A stretch of 32,000 bases of DNA from Deinococcus radiodurans R1 = ATCC 13939 = DSM 20539 (GTDB lineage Bacteria; Deinococcota; Deinococci; Deinococcales; Deinococcaceae). Positions 22,601-32,000 of this stretch are shown here, piece by piece. Both the position numbers and the translations under genes were made by a program. The stretch spans positions 144,694 to 176,693 of the forward strand of contig NC_001263.1 in assembly GCF_000008565.1 (NCBI RefSeq), given 5' to 3'. The first letter of the stretch is position 1; the number at the start of each line of letters is the position of its first letter. The notes beneath the pieces were generated by a model. The model searched no databases and had not been told where the DNA came from. It saw nothing but the letters and a program-made list of their open reading frames with translations.

Positions 22601-24568
22601 TTACAGCCAGCGTTCCAGCCAGGCGAAGTACTCGTTCAGCCGCGTCAGCCGTCTGTCGGGCCGGCCCGAGCGCGACAGTTCGTGGTTTTCCTCGGGGAAG
22701 CGCACGAAGCGCACCGGCACCTGATGCTTGTGCAGCGCGGCGTACCACTGCTCGGCTTGCTCGACAGGGCAGCGGTGGTCAAGGACCGAATGGACGATCA
22801 GGGTCGGCGTCTTCACGTTTTCCACGTATTGCAGTGGCGAAAGGTCCCAGAGCTTCAGCGCGTCCGCCCGGCGCGAGAAGTCCAGCCCCAGCTCGTCGTC
22901 CCAGAAGCGCAGCCCGATGTCGGACGTGCCCCCGAACGAAATCAGGTTGCTGATGCAGCGGTCGGTGATGGCGGCCTGAAAACGGGTGGTGTGCCCGGTG
23001 ATCCAGTTGGTCATGAAGCCGCCGTAGCTGCCGCCCATGACGGCGGTTTTTGCGGCGTCCAGGCGCGGCACCGCTTCCAGGCAGCGGTCGAAGAAGTTCA
23101 GCAGGTCGTCCGCGTCCACCGTGCCCCAGCGCCCGTAGATGGCGTCCACCCACGCCTGCCCGTAGCCCACCGAGCCGCGCGGGTTGGAGTAGCACACGCC
23201 GTAGCCGCGCGCCGCCATCAGCTGGAACTCGTGGGTAAAGCCGTGCCCGTAGTCGGTGTGCGGCCCGCCGTGAATATTGAGCAGCGCGGGCACTTTCTGC
23301 TCACCTTCCGGCAGCAGCACCCAGCCCTCCCCCTCGCCGAGTTCGGTCTCAAACGTGACGCGCTGCGGCTCGCGCACCGGAAAAGGAAAGCGGGCGTGCA
23401 GGTCGGTGACACGCTGCCCGTTCAGTTCCACCTCGGGAAACCGGGTCGCCGATTCCCGAATCAGCGCGACGCCGTGTTCGTTGGCCGTGAACGCCGAGAT
23501 GACGCCCTGCGGGTCGTGGTCGTAGGCCTTCACCCCGCCGCCGATGTGGGCGGTGAACAGGCCTACGCTGCCGCGCACGGTGGACGAAAAGAGCAGCGTG
23601 TCGCCGTCCAGCCAGCGCGGCCCTTCCGGAAAGGCCCCCACGTGGCAGTCGCCGCCCACCGCGTCACCGACCGGGTGGTCGTGCCCGGTGTCCAGCCGGC
23701 GGTGCTGCCCATTCTCAATCAAGTAGAGGTGTGCGTGCTCGGTGTTGCCCTTCCCGGCGGGCCGGCCAATCAAGGCGAAGCGCTGGCCGTCGGGGTGCGG
23801 GGCCAGCCCGTGCGCCGCCGAGTTCCAGTCCAGAAGCTTCTGCGGGGCAGCGGGCGCGTCGGCAGTGGGCAGCGGCAGGTCATACACGTCCTGACGCCAC
23901 TGGCTCGCCTGCCACTCGTCCTCGCTCTGCACGATCAGCACGCCGCGTGAATCGGGCCACCACGACAGCGCCCCGATGCCGATTTCGGGCGCGTACCACT
24001 CGCGCAGTTTGTCGGCCTCCACGTCGTAGAGCCACAGCGCGGCGGGCCGCTCGGGCAGCCAGTCGGCTCCGTTGGCGCGGTACACGGGCCGGGTCAGCAC
24101 GCGGGCTTCTCCACGTTCGTCGCGCTTGTCCTCGGTATCAGCCGTGGTGGTAAAGGCGATAAACCGCCCGTCTGGACTCCACTGCGGCCCGCTCACGCCG
24201 TTCTTGAAATGGGTCACGCGCCGCGCCTCGCCGCCCTTGAGTGGGAGCAGCATCAGCGCCGCCTTCACCTCGCCCGCACTGCGGACAAAGGCCAGGTTCT
24301 GACCGTCGGGCGACCAGCGGGGGGCCGAGTCGCCGCGTCCCGTTTCGGCGTGGGTGAGTGGCCGCGCCGCCCCCCCTTCCGAGAGCCACAGGCCAGAGCG
24401 GTAGCGCGGGCGGGCAAAGTCTTTGTCGGGTTTGGCGGGGTCTTCTTCCGAGATTTGCGCCAGCACGAAGGCCACCTGCTTGCCGTCCGGCGACACCTGC
24501 GGGTCGGAGGGAAAAGCGAGGGCCAGCAGGGAATCTGGGCCGGGGGCCGGGGTTTCCGAATTGTTCAT
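22601..24568 (-). CDS. S9-family serine peptidase (acylaminoacyl-peptidase / prolyl oligopeptidase type)
   Basis: N-terminal beta-propeller repeats (SPDG motifs) and the C-terminal hydrolase with GGSYGG nucleophile elbow. Confidence 0.92.
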   Translation of the reverse strand: MNNSETPAPGPDSLLALAFPSDPQVSPDGKQVAFVLAQISEEDPAKPDKDFARPRYRSGLWLSEGGAARPLTHAETGRGDSAPRWSPDGQNLAFVRSAGEVKAALMLLPLKGGEARRVTHFKNGVSGPQWSPDGRFIAFTTTADTEDKRDERGEARVLTRPVYRANGADWLPERPAALWLYDVEADKLREWYAPEIGIGALSWWPDSRGVLIVQSEDEWQASQWRQDVYDLPLPTADAPAAPQKLLDWNSAAHGLAPHPDGQRFALIGRPAGKGNTEHAHLYLIENGQHRRLDTGHDHPVGDAVGGDCHVGAFPEGPRWLDGDTLLFSSTVRGSVGLFTAHIGGGVKAYDHDPQGVISAFTANEHGVALIRESATRFPEVELNGQRVTDLHARFPFPVREPQRVTFETELGEGEGWVLLPEGEQKVPALLNIHGGPHTDYGHGFTHEFQLMAARGYGVCYSNPRGSVGYGQAWVDAIYGRWGTVDADDLLNFFDRCLEAVPRLDAAKTAVMGGSYGGFMTNWITGHTTRFQAAITDRCISNLISFGGTSDIGLRFWDDELGLDFSRRADALKLWDLSPLQYVENVKTPTLIVHSVLDHRCPVEQAEQWYAALHKHQVPVRFVRFPEENHELSRSGRPDRRLTRLNEYFAWLERWL

Positions 24569-24619
24569 GCGGCGTAGTCAACCACAACGCGGTGCCCAGC
24601 GCCGAATTAAACTGAGTCC

Positions 24620-24874
24620 ATGAATTTTGAACAGGCCCAGCAGGAAGTCAACACCCTGTCGAAGAAGCCCGGCAACGACGTGCTCCTCAAGCTCTACGCC
24701 CTTTACAAGCAGGGCAGCGCGGGCGACGTGGACGGCAAGCGCCCCGGCGGCTTCGATTTCGTCGGCGGCGCCAAGTACGATGCCTGGGCCGGCCTCAAGG
24801 GCAAAACCCAGGAACAGGCCCAGCAGGAATACGTCGCCCTGGTCGAAGAACTGAAGGCGAAAGACGGGCAGTAA
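24620..24874 (+). CDS. acyl-CoA-binding protein
   Basis: 84 aa. LKLYALYKQGSAGDV...GAKYDAW matches the ACBP signature. TAAACT lies 6 nt upstream of ATG 24620. Confidence 0.88.
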   Translation: MNFEQAQQEVNTLSKKPGNDVLLKLYALYKQGSAGDVDGKRPGGFDFVGGAKYDAWAGLKGKTQEQAQQEYVALVEELKAKDGQ

Positions 24875-24899
24875 GGGGTAATAAGCGGGGAAAAGGGCG

Positions 24900-24927
24900 G
24901 AGCGGCGGAGGGCTGCTCTGCTTTTTT
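24900..24927 (+). terminator. intrinsic terminator after the ACBP gene
   Basis: GAGCGGC (24900-24906) / GCTGCTC (24912-24918), then TGCTTTTTT. Confidence 0.7.
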
Positions 24928-24933
24928 GGTGGG

Positions 24934-25039
24934 GGTAAGTGGCGGGTTGTTTGGTCTGGAGGCCCCCTCACCCCTTGCTTCGCAAGGCCTTCTCTGCTCC
25001 GCAGCTCTTCGAGTCCCGCGAGGGGAGAGGGTCAAAAAG
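24934..25039. repeat. SNR-type mosaic repeat (left module plus hairpin core)
   Basis: The left part matches 5204-5245. The core GCCCCCTCACCCCTTGCTTCGCAAGGCCTTCTC...GAGGGTCAAAAA matches 12715-12770. Confidence 0.75.
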
Positions 25040-25304
25040 ATGCTTCACGCCTAACAGAGGAATGCAGAACGCCAGGGCCGTCGGGCGCTGAAGGCGCACG
25101 GGCCGGACACGACTTGAAAAAATTAGGCGTCCACACCACCCACGCAACTGCGGAACACCGCAAAACAGGCGAAATCACTGCCATGTGCCCAGTGCCAACG
25201 TCAGCCCCCCTTGCCCCTCTGGGGTAAGGGGCGGGGGGATGGGGCCAAAAGCTAAAGCTGAAGCCTCCAAGCCCCACCCCCAAATCCCTGTTAAGCTCCC
25301 ATTC

Positions 25305-26171
25305 GTGACCGCCCCCGACGCCCTCGCCGCCGCCAAAGCCAGGATGCGCGACCTGGCGGCGGCCTACGTGGCGGCCCTGCCCGGACGCGACACCCACAGC
25401 CTGATGGCGGGGGTGCCCGGCGTAGACCTCAAATTCATGCCGCTCGGCTGGCGCGACGGGGCGTTCGACCCCGAGCACAACGTCATCCTCATCAACTCGG
25501 CGGCCCGCCCCGAACGCCAGCGCTTCACCCTCGCCCACGAAATCGGGCACGCGATTTTACTCGGCGACGACGACCTGCTCTCCGACATCCACGACGCCTA
25601 CGAGGGCGAGCGGCTCGAACAGGTCATCGAAACGCTGTGCAACGTGGCGGCGGCGGCGATTTTGATGCCCGAACCCGTCATCGCGGAAATGCTGGAACGC
25701 TTCGGCCCCACCGGGCGCGCCCTCGCCGAACTCGCCAAGCGGGCCGAAGTCAGCGCGTCGTCGGCGCTCTACGCCCTGACCGAGCAGACCCCGGTGCCCG
25801 TCATCTACGCGGTCTGTGCGCCGGGCAAGCCTCCGCGTGAGCAGGCCGCAAGCGACGAGGACGCTGGCCCAAGCACAGAAAAAGTCCTGACGGTCCGCGC
25901 CAGCAGCTCGACGCGGGGCGTCAAGTACACCCTGGCGAGCGGCACGCCGGTACCCGCCGACCACCCGGCGGCGCTTGCCCTCGCCACGGGCATGGAAGTG
26001 CGCGAGGAAAGCTACGTGCCCTTTCGCTCGGGCCGGAAAATGAAGGCGGAGGTGGACGCCTACCCGTCGCGCGGCATCGTGGCCGTCAGTTTCGAGTTCG
26101 ACCCCGCCCGCCTGGGCCGCAAGGACAGCGAGCAGGCCGACCGGGACGAGCCGCAGGACGCTGCACAGTGA
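25305..26171 (+). CDS. irrE: IrrE/PprI radiation-response metalloprotease (COG2856 zinc peptidase)
   Basis: HEXXH site LAHEIGHAIL. The sequence is recognisable as Deinococcus IrrE. GTG 25305 is preferred because TAAGCT lies 7 nt upstream and the upstream 40 codons are made of repeat DNA. The longest ORF starts at ATG 25185. Confidence 0.9.
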   Translation: MTAPDALAAAKARMRDLAAAYVAALPGRDTHSLMAGVPGVDLKFMPLGWRDGAFDPEHNVILINSAARPERQRFTLAHEIGHAILLGDDDLLSDIHDAYEGERLEQVIETLCNVAAAAILMPEPVIAEMLERFGPTGRALAELAKRAEVSASSALYALTEQTPVPVIYAVCAPGKPPREQAASDEDAGPSTEKVLTVRASSSTRGVKYTLASGTPVPADHPAALALATGMEVREESYVPFRSGRKMKAEVDAYPSRGIVAVSFEFDPARLGRKDSEQADRDEPQDAAQ

Positions 26172-27037
26172 ACTGGACGGGCCGTATCCACGAGCTGACC
26201 TTCGGGTTTCCCGTCCCCAGCGCGGAGAAAGGCCCAAACGGCTGGACGGTGCGCTGGCCGGGCTGCCGCGTGATGGGCATCCTCAACGCGACGCCCGACA
26301 GTTTCAGCGACGGGGGCCAACATCTCCAACTCGACGCGGCGCTGGCGACGGCCCGCCGAATGCGTGACACGGGCGTCTTCATCCTGGACATCGGCGGCGA
26401 AAGCACCCGCCCCGGCGCGGAGCCGGTGGACGCGGCGACCGAGCTCGACCGGGTGCTGCCCCTCATCCGCGCCCTGAGGGGCGAACACGTCCTGCTCAGC
26501 GTGGACACCATGAAACCCGAAGTTGCCGCCGAGGCCCTCCGCGCGGGCGCCCACCTCGTCAACGATGTGACCGGCCTGCGCGACCCCGCCATGATCCGTG
26601 TCTGCGCCGACGCCGGGGCCGCCGCCTGCGTCATGCACATGCAGGGCGAGCCGCGCACCATGCAGCACCAGCCCGTGTACAGCGACGTGGTGGCCGAGGT
26701 CCACGGCTTCCTGCGCGAGCGGGCCGCAGAGGTGAAATCGGCGGGCGTGCCCTCCGTCCTGCTCGACCCCGGCATCGGCTTTGGCAAGACGCTGGACCAC
26801 AACCTGAGTCTGCTGCGGGCCGTGGACGACCTCGCCAGCGGCCCGGACCCTGTGCTGATCGCCGCCAGCCGCAAGAAAACCATCGACCTCATCGCGGGCG
26901 TTCCGGAGGCCGCCGACCGGGACCCCGGAAGCCTCGCCCTGCACCTCCACGCGGCCCGCTGCGGCGCGGCGCTGGTGCGGCTGCACGCGGCGGGCGAGAT
27001 GGTGCAGGCGCTGCGGGTGGAGGCGGCGCTCGCCTGA
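26168..27037 (+). CDS. folP: dihydropteroate synthase
   Basis: MGILNATPDSFSDGG, DIGGESTRPG and DPGIGFGK motifs. GTG 26168 overlaps the irrE stop (GTGA). Confidence 0.92.
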   Translation: MNWTGRIHELTFGFPVPSAEKGPNGWTVRWPGCRVMGILNATPDSFSDGGQHLQLDAALATARRMRDTGVFILDIGGESTRPGAEPVDAATELDRVLPLIRALRGEHVLLSVDTMKPEVAAEALRAGAHLVNDVTGLRDPAMIRVCADAGAAACVMHMQGEPRTMQHQPVYSDVVAEVHGFLRERAAEVKSAGVPSVLLDPGIGFGKTLDHNLSLLRAVDDLASGPDPVLIAASRKKTIDLIAGVPEAADRDPGSLALHLHAARCGAALVRLHAAGEMVQALRVEAALA

Positions 27038-27061
27038 GCCACCAGCCTCTACACTCTCCCT

Positions 27062-27418
27062 ATGTCCCGCGTCGTCCTGGAAGGTCTGGAATTTCACGCC
27101 CATCACGGCGTTTTCGCTGCTGAGGGCGTGCTCGGCGCCCGCTTCGTCGTGGACGCCGAACTGCACTCCCCCTTCGCCGGCATCGCGGACGACCTGGGGC
27201 AGGCCGTCAATTACGCCGCCGCCTACGCCGCCATCCGCGAGGAAGTGACGGAAAAGACCCACCAACTCATCGAGGTACTGGCCGACCGCATCGCCGACCG
27301 CCTCCTCTCCGATTTTTCCCGTCTGGAAAGGGTCAAGGTGCGCGTCCACAAGCCCTTCGCGCCGCTTCCCGGCATCTTTCGCGACGTGTACGCCGAAATC
27401 GAGAAGGAGCGCACGTGA
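27062..27418 (+). CDS. folB: dihydroneopterin aldolase
   Basis: 118 aa. LEFHAHHGVFAAE...VNYAA...V.V.KP pattern. Confidence 0.88.
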   Translation: MSRVVLEGLEFHAHHGVFAAEGVLGARFVVDAELHSPFAGIADDLGQAVNYAAAYAAIREEVTEKTHQLIEVLADRIADRLLSDFSRLERVKVRVHKPFAPLPGIFRDVYAEIEKERT

Positions 27419-27930
27419 CGCGGGCTTTTATCGCGCTGGGCGCCAACCTGGGCGACCCCCAGGCCACCCTGCGCCGCGCCCTGACCGAACTCGGGGCCCT
27501 CGGCGAAGTGCGCGGCGTGTCGGCCCTCTACCGCACCGCGCCTGTCGGCGGCCCGCCCGGACAGCCCGACTACCTCAACGCGGTGGCCGAACTCGAAACG
27601 GCCCTGAGTGCCCCGGCCCTCCTCGCCGCCCTCCACGCCCTGGAAGCAGACGCCGGACGCACCCGTGACGTGCGCTGGGAAGCCCGCGTGCTGGACCTGG
27701 ATTTGATTGTCTACGGCGAAGACGTGTCAGACGACCCCGCCCTCACGCTGCCCCACCCCCGCGCCTGGGAGCGGGGCTTCGTCCTCGCGCCGCTGAGTGA
27801 CCTCGCCCCCTCCCTCGCCCACCCGAGGACAGGGGAAATGGTGGCGCAGGCGCTGCGCCGGGTGGACCTGGCAGGCGTGGAGGTCAGTGAGCTTTCTCTG
27901 TGCTGGCCGGAGTTAGGGTCAGGCGAATGA
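27415..27930 (+). CDS. folK: 2-amino-4-hydroxy-6-hydroxymethyldihydropteridine diphosphokinase
   Basis: AFIALGANLGDP...LYRTAPVGGP.QPDYLNAV...R.WE.R.LDLD...LTLPHPR motifs. GTG 27415 overlaps the folB stop. Confidence 0.9.
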   Translation: MTRAFIALGANLGDPQATLRRALTELGALGEVRGVSALYRTAPVGGPPGQPDYLNAVAELETALSAPALLAALHALEADAGRTRDVRWEARVLDLDLIVYGEDVSDDPALTLPHPRAWERGFVLAPLSDLAPSLAHPRTGEMVAQALRRVDLAGVEVSELSLCWPELGSGE

Positions 27931-28525
27931 GATGGGGCTGGCTGCCCGGCTTGCGGCGGTACTGTGCCAAAAGCTGCAACAGGTCACGTTGAAGGGCTTT
28001 GGCCTGCTCGAAGTCGAGTGACAGTTCGCCTAACAGGTCGAGCACTGCGGGCGCTTGCGGACGCGTGAAATTCCACCCGGCAGACCAGGCGGCGTGTTCC
28101 AGGGTCAGCGCATTCTCCTGCCGCCTGACCTGCATGCCCCAGACGCCATGTCGCCGCGCTTCATCCTCGGCAGTGCTCAGCAGGGCAGTGTCCATGCGGC
28201 GGTTCCACTCGGTGTGCAGGAGTTGCAGCATGTCCTGCGGCCAGTGGGCTGGGGTCAGCTCGTAGGGAATAAAAAAACTCTCTCCTTCGGCCTGATAGAG
28301 GGGTGGCCTGCCGTCACACACCATCTTGAGTAAGCCCAGACGGCGCAGTTTCTGCCACTGATACTTCACGGTGTTGAGGGGCCGTCCCAGGTCACGCGCT
28401 GCCGCGCTCAGGCTGGTGGGCGTCAGAAAGGCGGACAGCACCAGACGGCTGCGGGTGTCGAGAAGGGCCGAAGCCACCTCTGTGTCTGTGACCTGCTGTG
28501 AGGAACTGCGAGAAGTCTGTTCCAT
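27884..28525 (-). CDS. winged-helix (ArsR-like) transcriptional regulator
   Basis: LLDTRSRLVLSAFLTPTSLSAAARDLGRPLNTVKYQWQKLRRLGLL is a wHTH. ATG 28525 has TATGCT 8 nt upstream. The 3' end overlaps folK by 47 nt, convergently. Confidence 0.75.
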   Translation of the reverse strand: MEQTSRSSSQQVTDTEVASALLDTRSRLVLSAFLTPTSLSAAARDLGRPLNTVKYQWQKLRRLGLLKMVCDGRPPLYQAEGESFFIPYELTPAHWPQDMLQLLHTEWNRRMDTALLSTAEDEARRHGVWGMQVRRQENALTLEHAAWSAGWNFTRPQAPAVLDLLGELSLDFEQAKALQRDLLQLLAQYRRKPGSQPHLIRLTLTPASTEKAH

Positions 28526-28555
28526 TTCGCACCAGCATAGGCCGAGCCTGAGGGG

Positions 28556-29371
28556 GTGGACACCCTCAAGATTCATGGCTTCAGTACAGGCCAGATTCAG
28601 GTCAAGTCGAAATTCCTGCGTCCGGAGCCGCAGAACCTGCTGGGAAGCCTCAGGTCTTTTCTGGACCGGCAGTACAGTGCGCCGCTGCCAGTCTGGTGCT
28701 GGCTCATCGAACATCCGTCAGGCCTGATTGTGGTGGACACCGGCCTGACCTGCACCGCCAGAAGCAACTGGTTTAGCCGCACTCAGACGCGTCTGCACTA
28801 CACGGAACACGACCGCCTGAGTCGGCAGATGCAACGGGCGGGTTTCGATCCGGCCCAGGTCAGGGTGCTGATTCTCACGCACCTCCATATCGACCATGAC
28901 CGGGGGATGGGCGACTTTCCGGAGGCTCACCTGCTCGTTTCAGCGCGTGAGTTACGCGATTACCGGTCGCCGCTGGCGAGGCTGATGGGCTACTCGGCTC
29001 CGACCTGGAAAAGTGTGCCGCACGCCGCGCCATTTTTGCCGCTCGCTCACGGTCCTTTCCGGGAGAGCGCCGACGTGATGGGCGACGGGCGCGTCCTCCT
29101 GCTGCCGACGCCTGGGCATACGCCAGGCCACCTGAGTGTGCTGGTACGGCAACCGGGCCATGACATTCTGCTGGCCGGGGACCTGACCTATAGCGAGCAG
29201 GATTTACGCACCGGCAGGCTAGGGGGAATAGTGCCGTCCCCCCACATTCACCGGAAGTCGATGCGACAGGTCAGGCAGCTGGCGCAGCTCAGGCCGCTGA
29301 TTTACCTGCCCTCACATGATCCGGATTCCCTGCGGCGCTTGCAAAGAAACCAGCCCTTCTCGCTGACCTGA
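28556..29371 (+). CDS. MBL-fold metallo-hydrolase (N-acyl-homoserine-lactonase-like)
   Basis: HLHIDHDRG (HxHxDH) and PTPGHTPGH motifs. GTG 28556 is the start. Confidence 0.85.
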   Translation: MDTLKIHGFSTGQIQVKSKFLRPEPQNLLGSLRSFLDRQYSAPLPVWCWLIEHPSGLIVVDTGLTCTARSNWFSRTQTRLHYTEHDRLSRQMQRAGFDPAQVRVLILTHLHIDHDRGMGDFPEAHLLVSARELRDYRSPLARLMGYSAPTWKSVPHAAPFLPLAHGPFRESADVMGDGRVLLLPTPGHTPGHLSVLVRQPGHDILLAGDLTYSEQDLRTGRLGGIVPSPHIHRKSMRQVRQLAQLRPLIYLPSHDPDSLRRLQRNQPFSLT

Positions 29372-29425
29372 GTGGCCGGAGAAAGGCTGGAGTGGAGAGG
29401 CCCCGAGTGTTCGGTGTGGTTTGGC

Positions 29426-30521
<1,096 letters not shown>

Positions 30522-30859
30522 GGTGCGTGTCTCCTTTCCGCGCGGCCTGTGTTCGTAGGCGTAACCCGTTGGGCGGGGTGCGGACTGTGCCAAGCCGGCA
30601 GTATAGCGGCAAAGCGCGTCCCGAACGGTGCTTTCTGTGGGCTTTGTGGGGAGCGGGGCGGCCCGGGTCCGCGCCCTTGCTCCCGCACCACTGTCTGCGC
30701 CGCCCTTGCCCCAGGGGGGTCTGTCTGGTACCCTGACCTTTAGTGTCTCGCGCTTGGTAGGGCCGAGATGACCGGGTGGCTTTCCCGGACACGGACGTTT
30801 CTCCCCCCAGAGGCGGGCCGTCGTCGCCAGCCAAATCCCCCCTTTTACGGAGTTTCAAG

Positions 30860-31300
30860 GTGAAAACCTACATCCCCAAAAACGACGAGCAGAACTGGGT
30901 CGTGGTGGACGCCTCGGGCGTGCCCCTCGGCCGCCTCGCCACCCTGATCGCTTCGCGCATCCGTGGCAAGCACCGCCCCGACTTCACCCCCAACATGATC
31001 CAGGGTGACTTCGTGGTGGTCATCAACGCCGCGCAGGTGGCCCTGACCGGCAAGAAGTTGGACGACAAGGTCTATACCCGCTACACCGGCTACCAGGGTG
31101 GCCTCAAGACCGAAACCGCCCGCGAAGCGCTCAGCAAGCACCCCGAGCGCGTGATCGAGCACGCCGTGTTCGGCATGCTGCCCAAGGGCCGTCAGGGCCG
31201 TGCGATGCACACCCGCCTGAAGGTCTACGCGGGTGAAACCCACCCCCACAGCGCCCAGAAGCCGCAAGTTCTTAAGACGCAGCCGCTTGAGGTCAAATAA
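30860..31300 (+). CDS. rplM: 50S ribosomal protein L13
   Basis: [42 protein letters not shown] 30860 has ACGGAG upstream. Confidence 0.93.
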   Translation: MKTYIPKNDEQNWVVVDASGVPLGRLATLIASRIRGKHRPDFTPNMIQGDFVVVINAAQVALTGKKLDDKVYTRYTGYQGGLKTETAREALSKHPERVIEHAVFGMLPKGRQGRAMHTRLKVYAGETHPHSAQKPQVLKTQPLEVK

Positions 31301-31302
31301 TC

Positions 31303-31704
<402 letters not shown>

Positions 31705-31727
31705 AGCACCCTGCTCAAGAGCCCCTT

Positions 31728-31749
31728 CCCCCGCGGAGGGGGTTTTTTG
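31728..31749 (+). terminator. intrinsic terminator after rpsI
   Basis: CCCCC (31728-31732) / GGGGG (31738-31742), then TTTTTT. Confidence 0.7.
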
Positions 31750-31792
31750 TGGTTGGAGGACGGGAAAGGCGGGACGCCTTAAACTGTCTTCC

Positions 31793-32000
31793 GTGCGCCG
31801 CTTCCTGCTTCTGAGCTTCCTGCTGCTGCCCGTGGCGGCGCAGTCGTCCACACCGGCACCGCCTGCTCAGGCCACTCAGCCCCAGCCTGCACCCGCGCCG
31901 AGCGTCACCCTGGAGCGCGAGCCGCTGCCGACGGGCGCCCTGGCCCACACCCTCGCTGAGGTGCCGCGCCCTGTCCGCACCGGGCTGCTGGTGCGTGACC
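31793..32000 (+). CDS. 5' part of a secreted protein gene (runs off the window)
   Basis: GTG 31793 opens VRRFLLLSFLLLPVAAQS (signal peptide). The frame stays open with high GC3 to the window end. TAAACT lies 7 nt upstream. Confidence 0.45.
   Translation, partial: MRRFLLLSFLLLPVAAQSSTPAPPAQATQPQPAPAPSVTLEREPLPTGALAHTLAEVPRPVRTGLLVRD

Noticed and set aside
25041-25290. About 250 bp upstream of the preferred irrE start, considered as a possible sRNA or regulatory region (TTGAAA at about 25113).
   Set aside because: No matching -10 at proper spacing and no terminator. Part of it is REP-like repeat DNA. The evidence is insufficient to call anything.

Overview
High-GC (about two-thirds G+C) bacterial chromosomal segment. 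From the IrrE/PprI sequence, the SNR-type intergenic repeats and the many leaderless starts I take it to be Deinococcus, probably D. radiodurans chromosome 1; that assignment is recollection, not a search result. Most of the window is housekeeping. It holds the 3' end of a DUF11 surface protein, tatD, tRNA-Arg(CCT), valS behind a Nudix gene, and a DUF4388 / class-V aminotransferase / ADC-like gene string. It also holds an FMN-riboswitch-controlled ribD-ribE-ribBA-ribH operon, a TPR-like hypothetical, a LeuDH-family gene coupled to udk, and a DUF5693-like membrane protein with csaB. Further along are an ABC exporter, a GH114 lipoprotein, an S9 peptidase, an acyl-CoA-binding protein, irrE-folP-folB-folK, a wHTH regulator with an MBL-fold hydrolase, prfB with its +1 frameshift, and rplM-rpsI. 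No rRNA, CRISPR array, transposase or prophage is visible, and I see no clear multi-gene novel system. Five items merit follow-up. (1) A complete T-box leader with a GUC (Val) specifier lies upstream of Nudix-valS. (2) A ~0.9 kb low-GC islet next to tRNA-Arg carries one HEPN-like ORF with a damaged 5' end. (3) The LeuDH-family paralogue has Ala in place of the catalytic GGGK lysine and is translationally coupled to udk. (4) A mosaic SNR/MITE-like repeat family sits exactly at gene ends. (5) A lower-GC regulator + MBL hydrolase module overlaps the end of folK. Long antisense ORFs in the six-frame track are high-GC artefacts.
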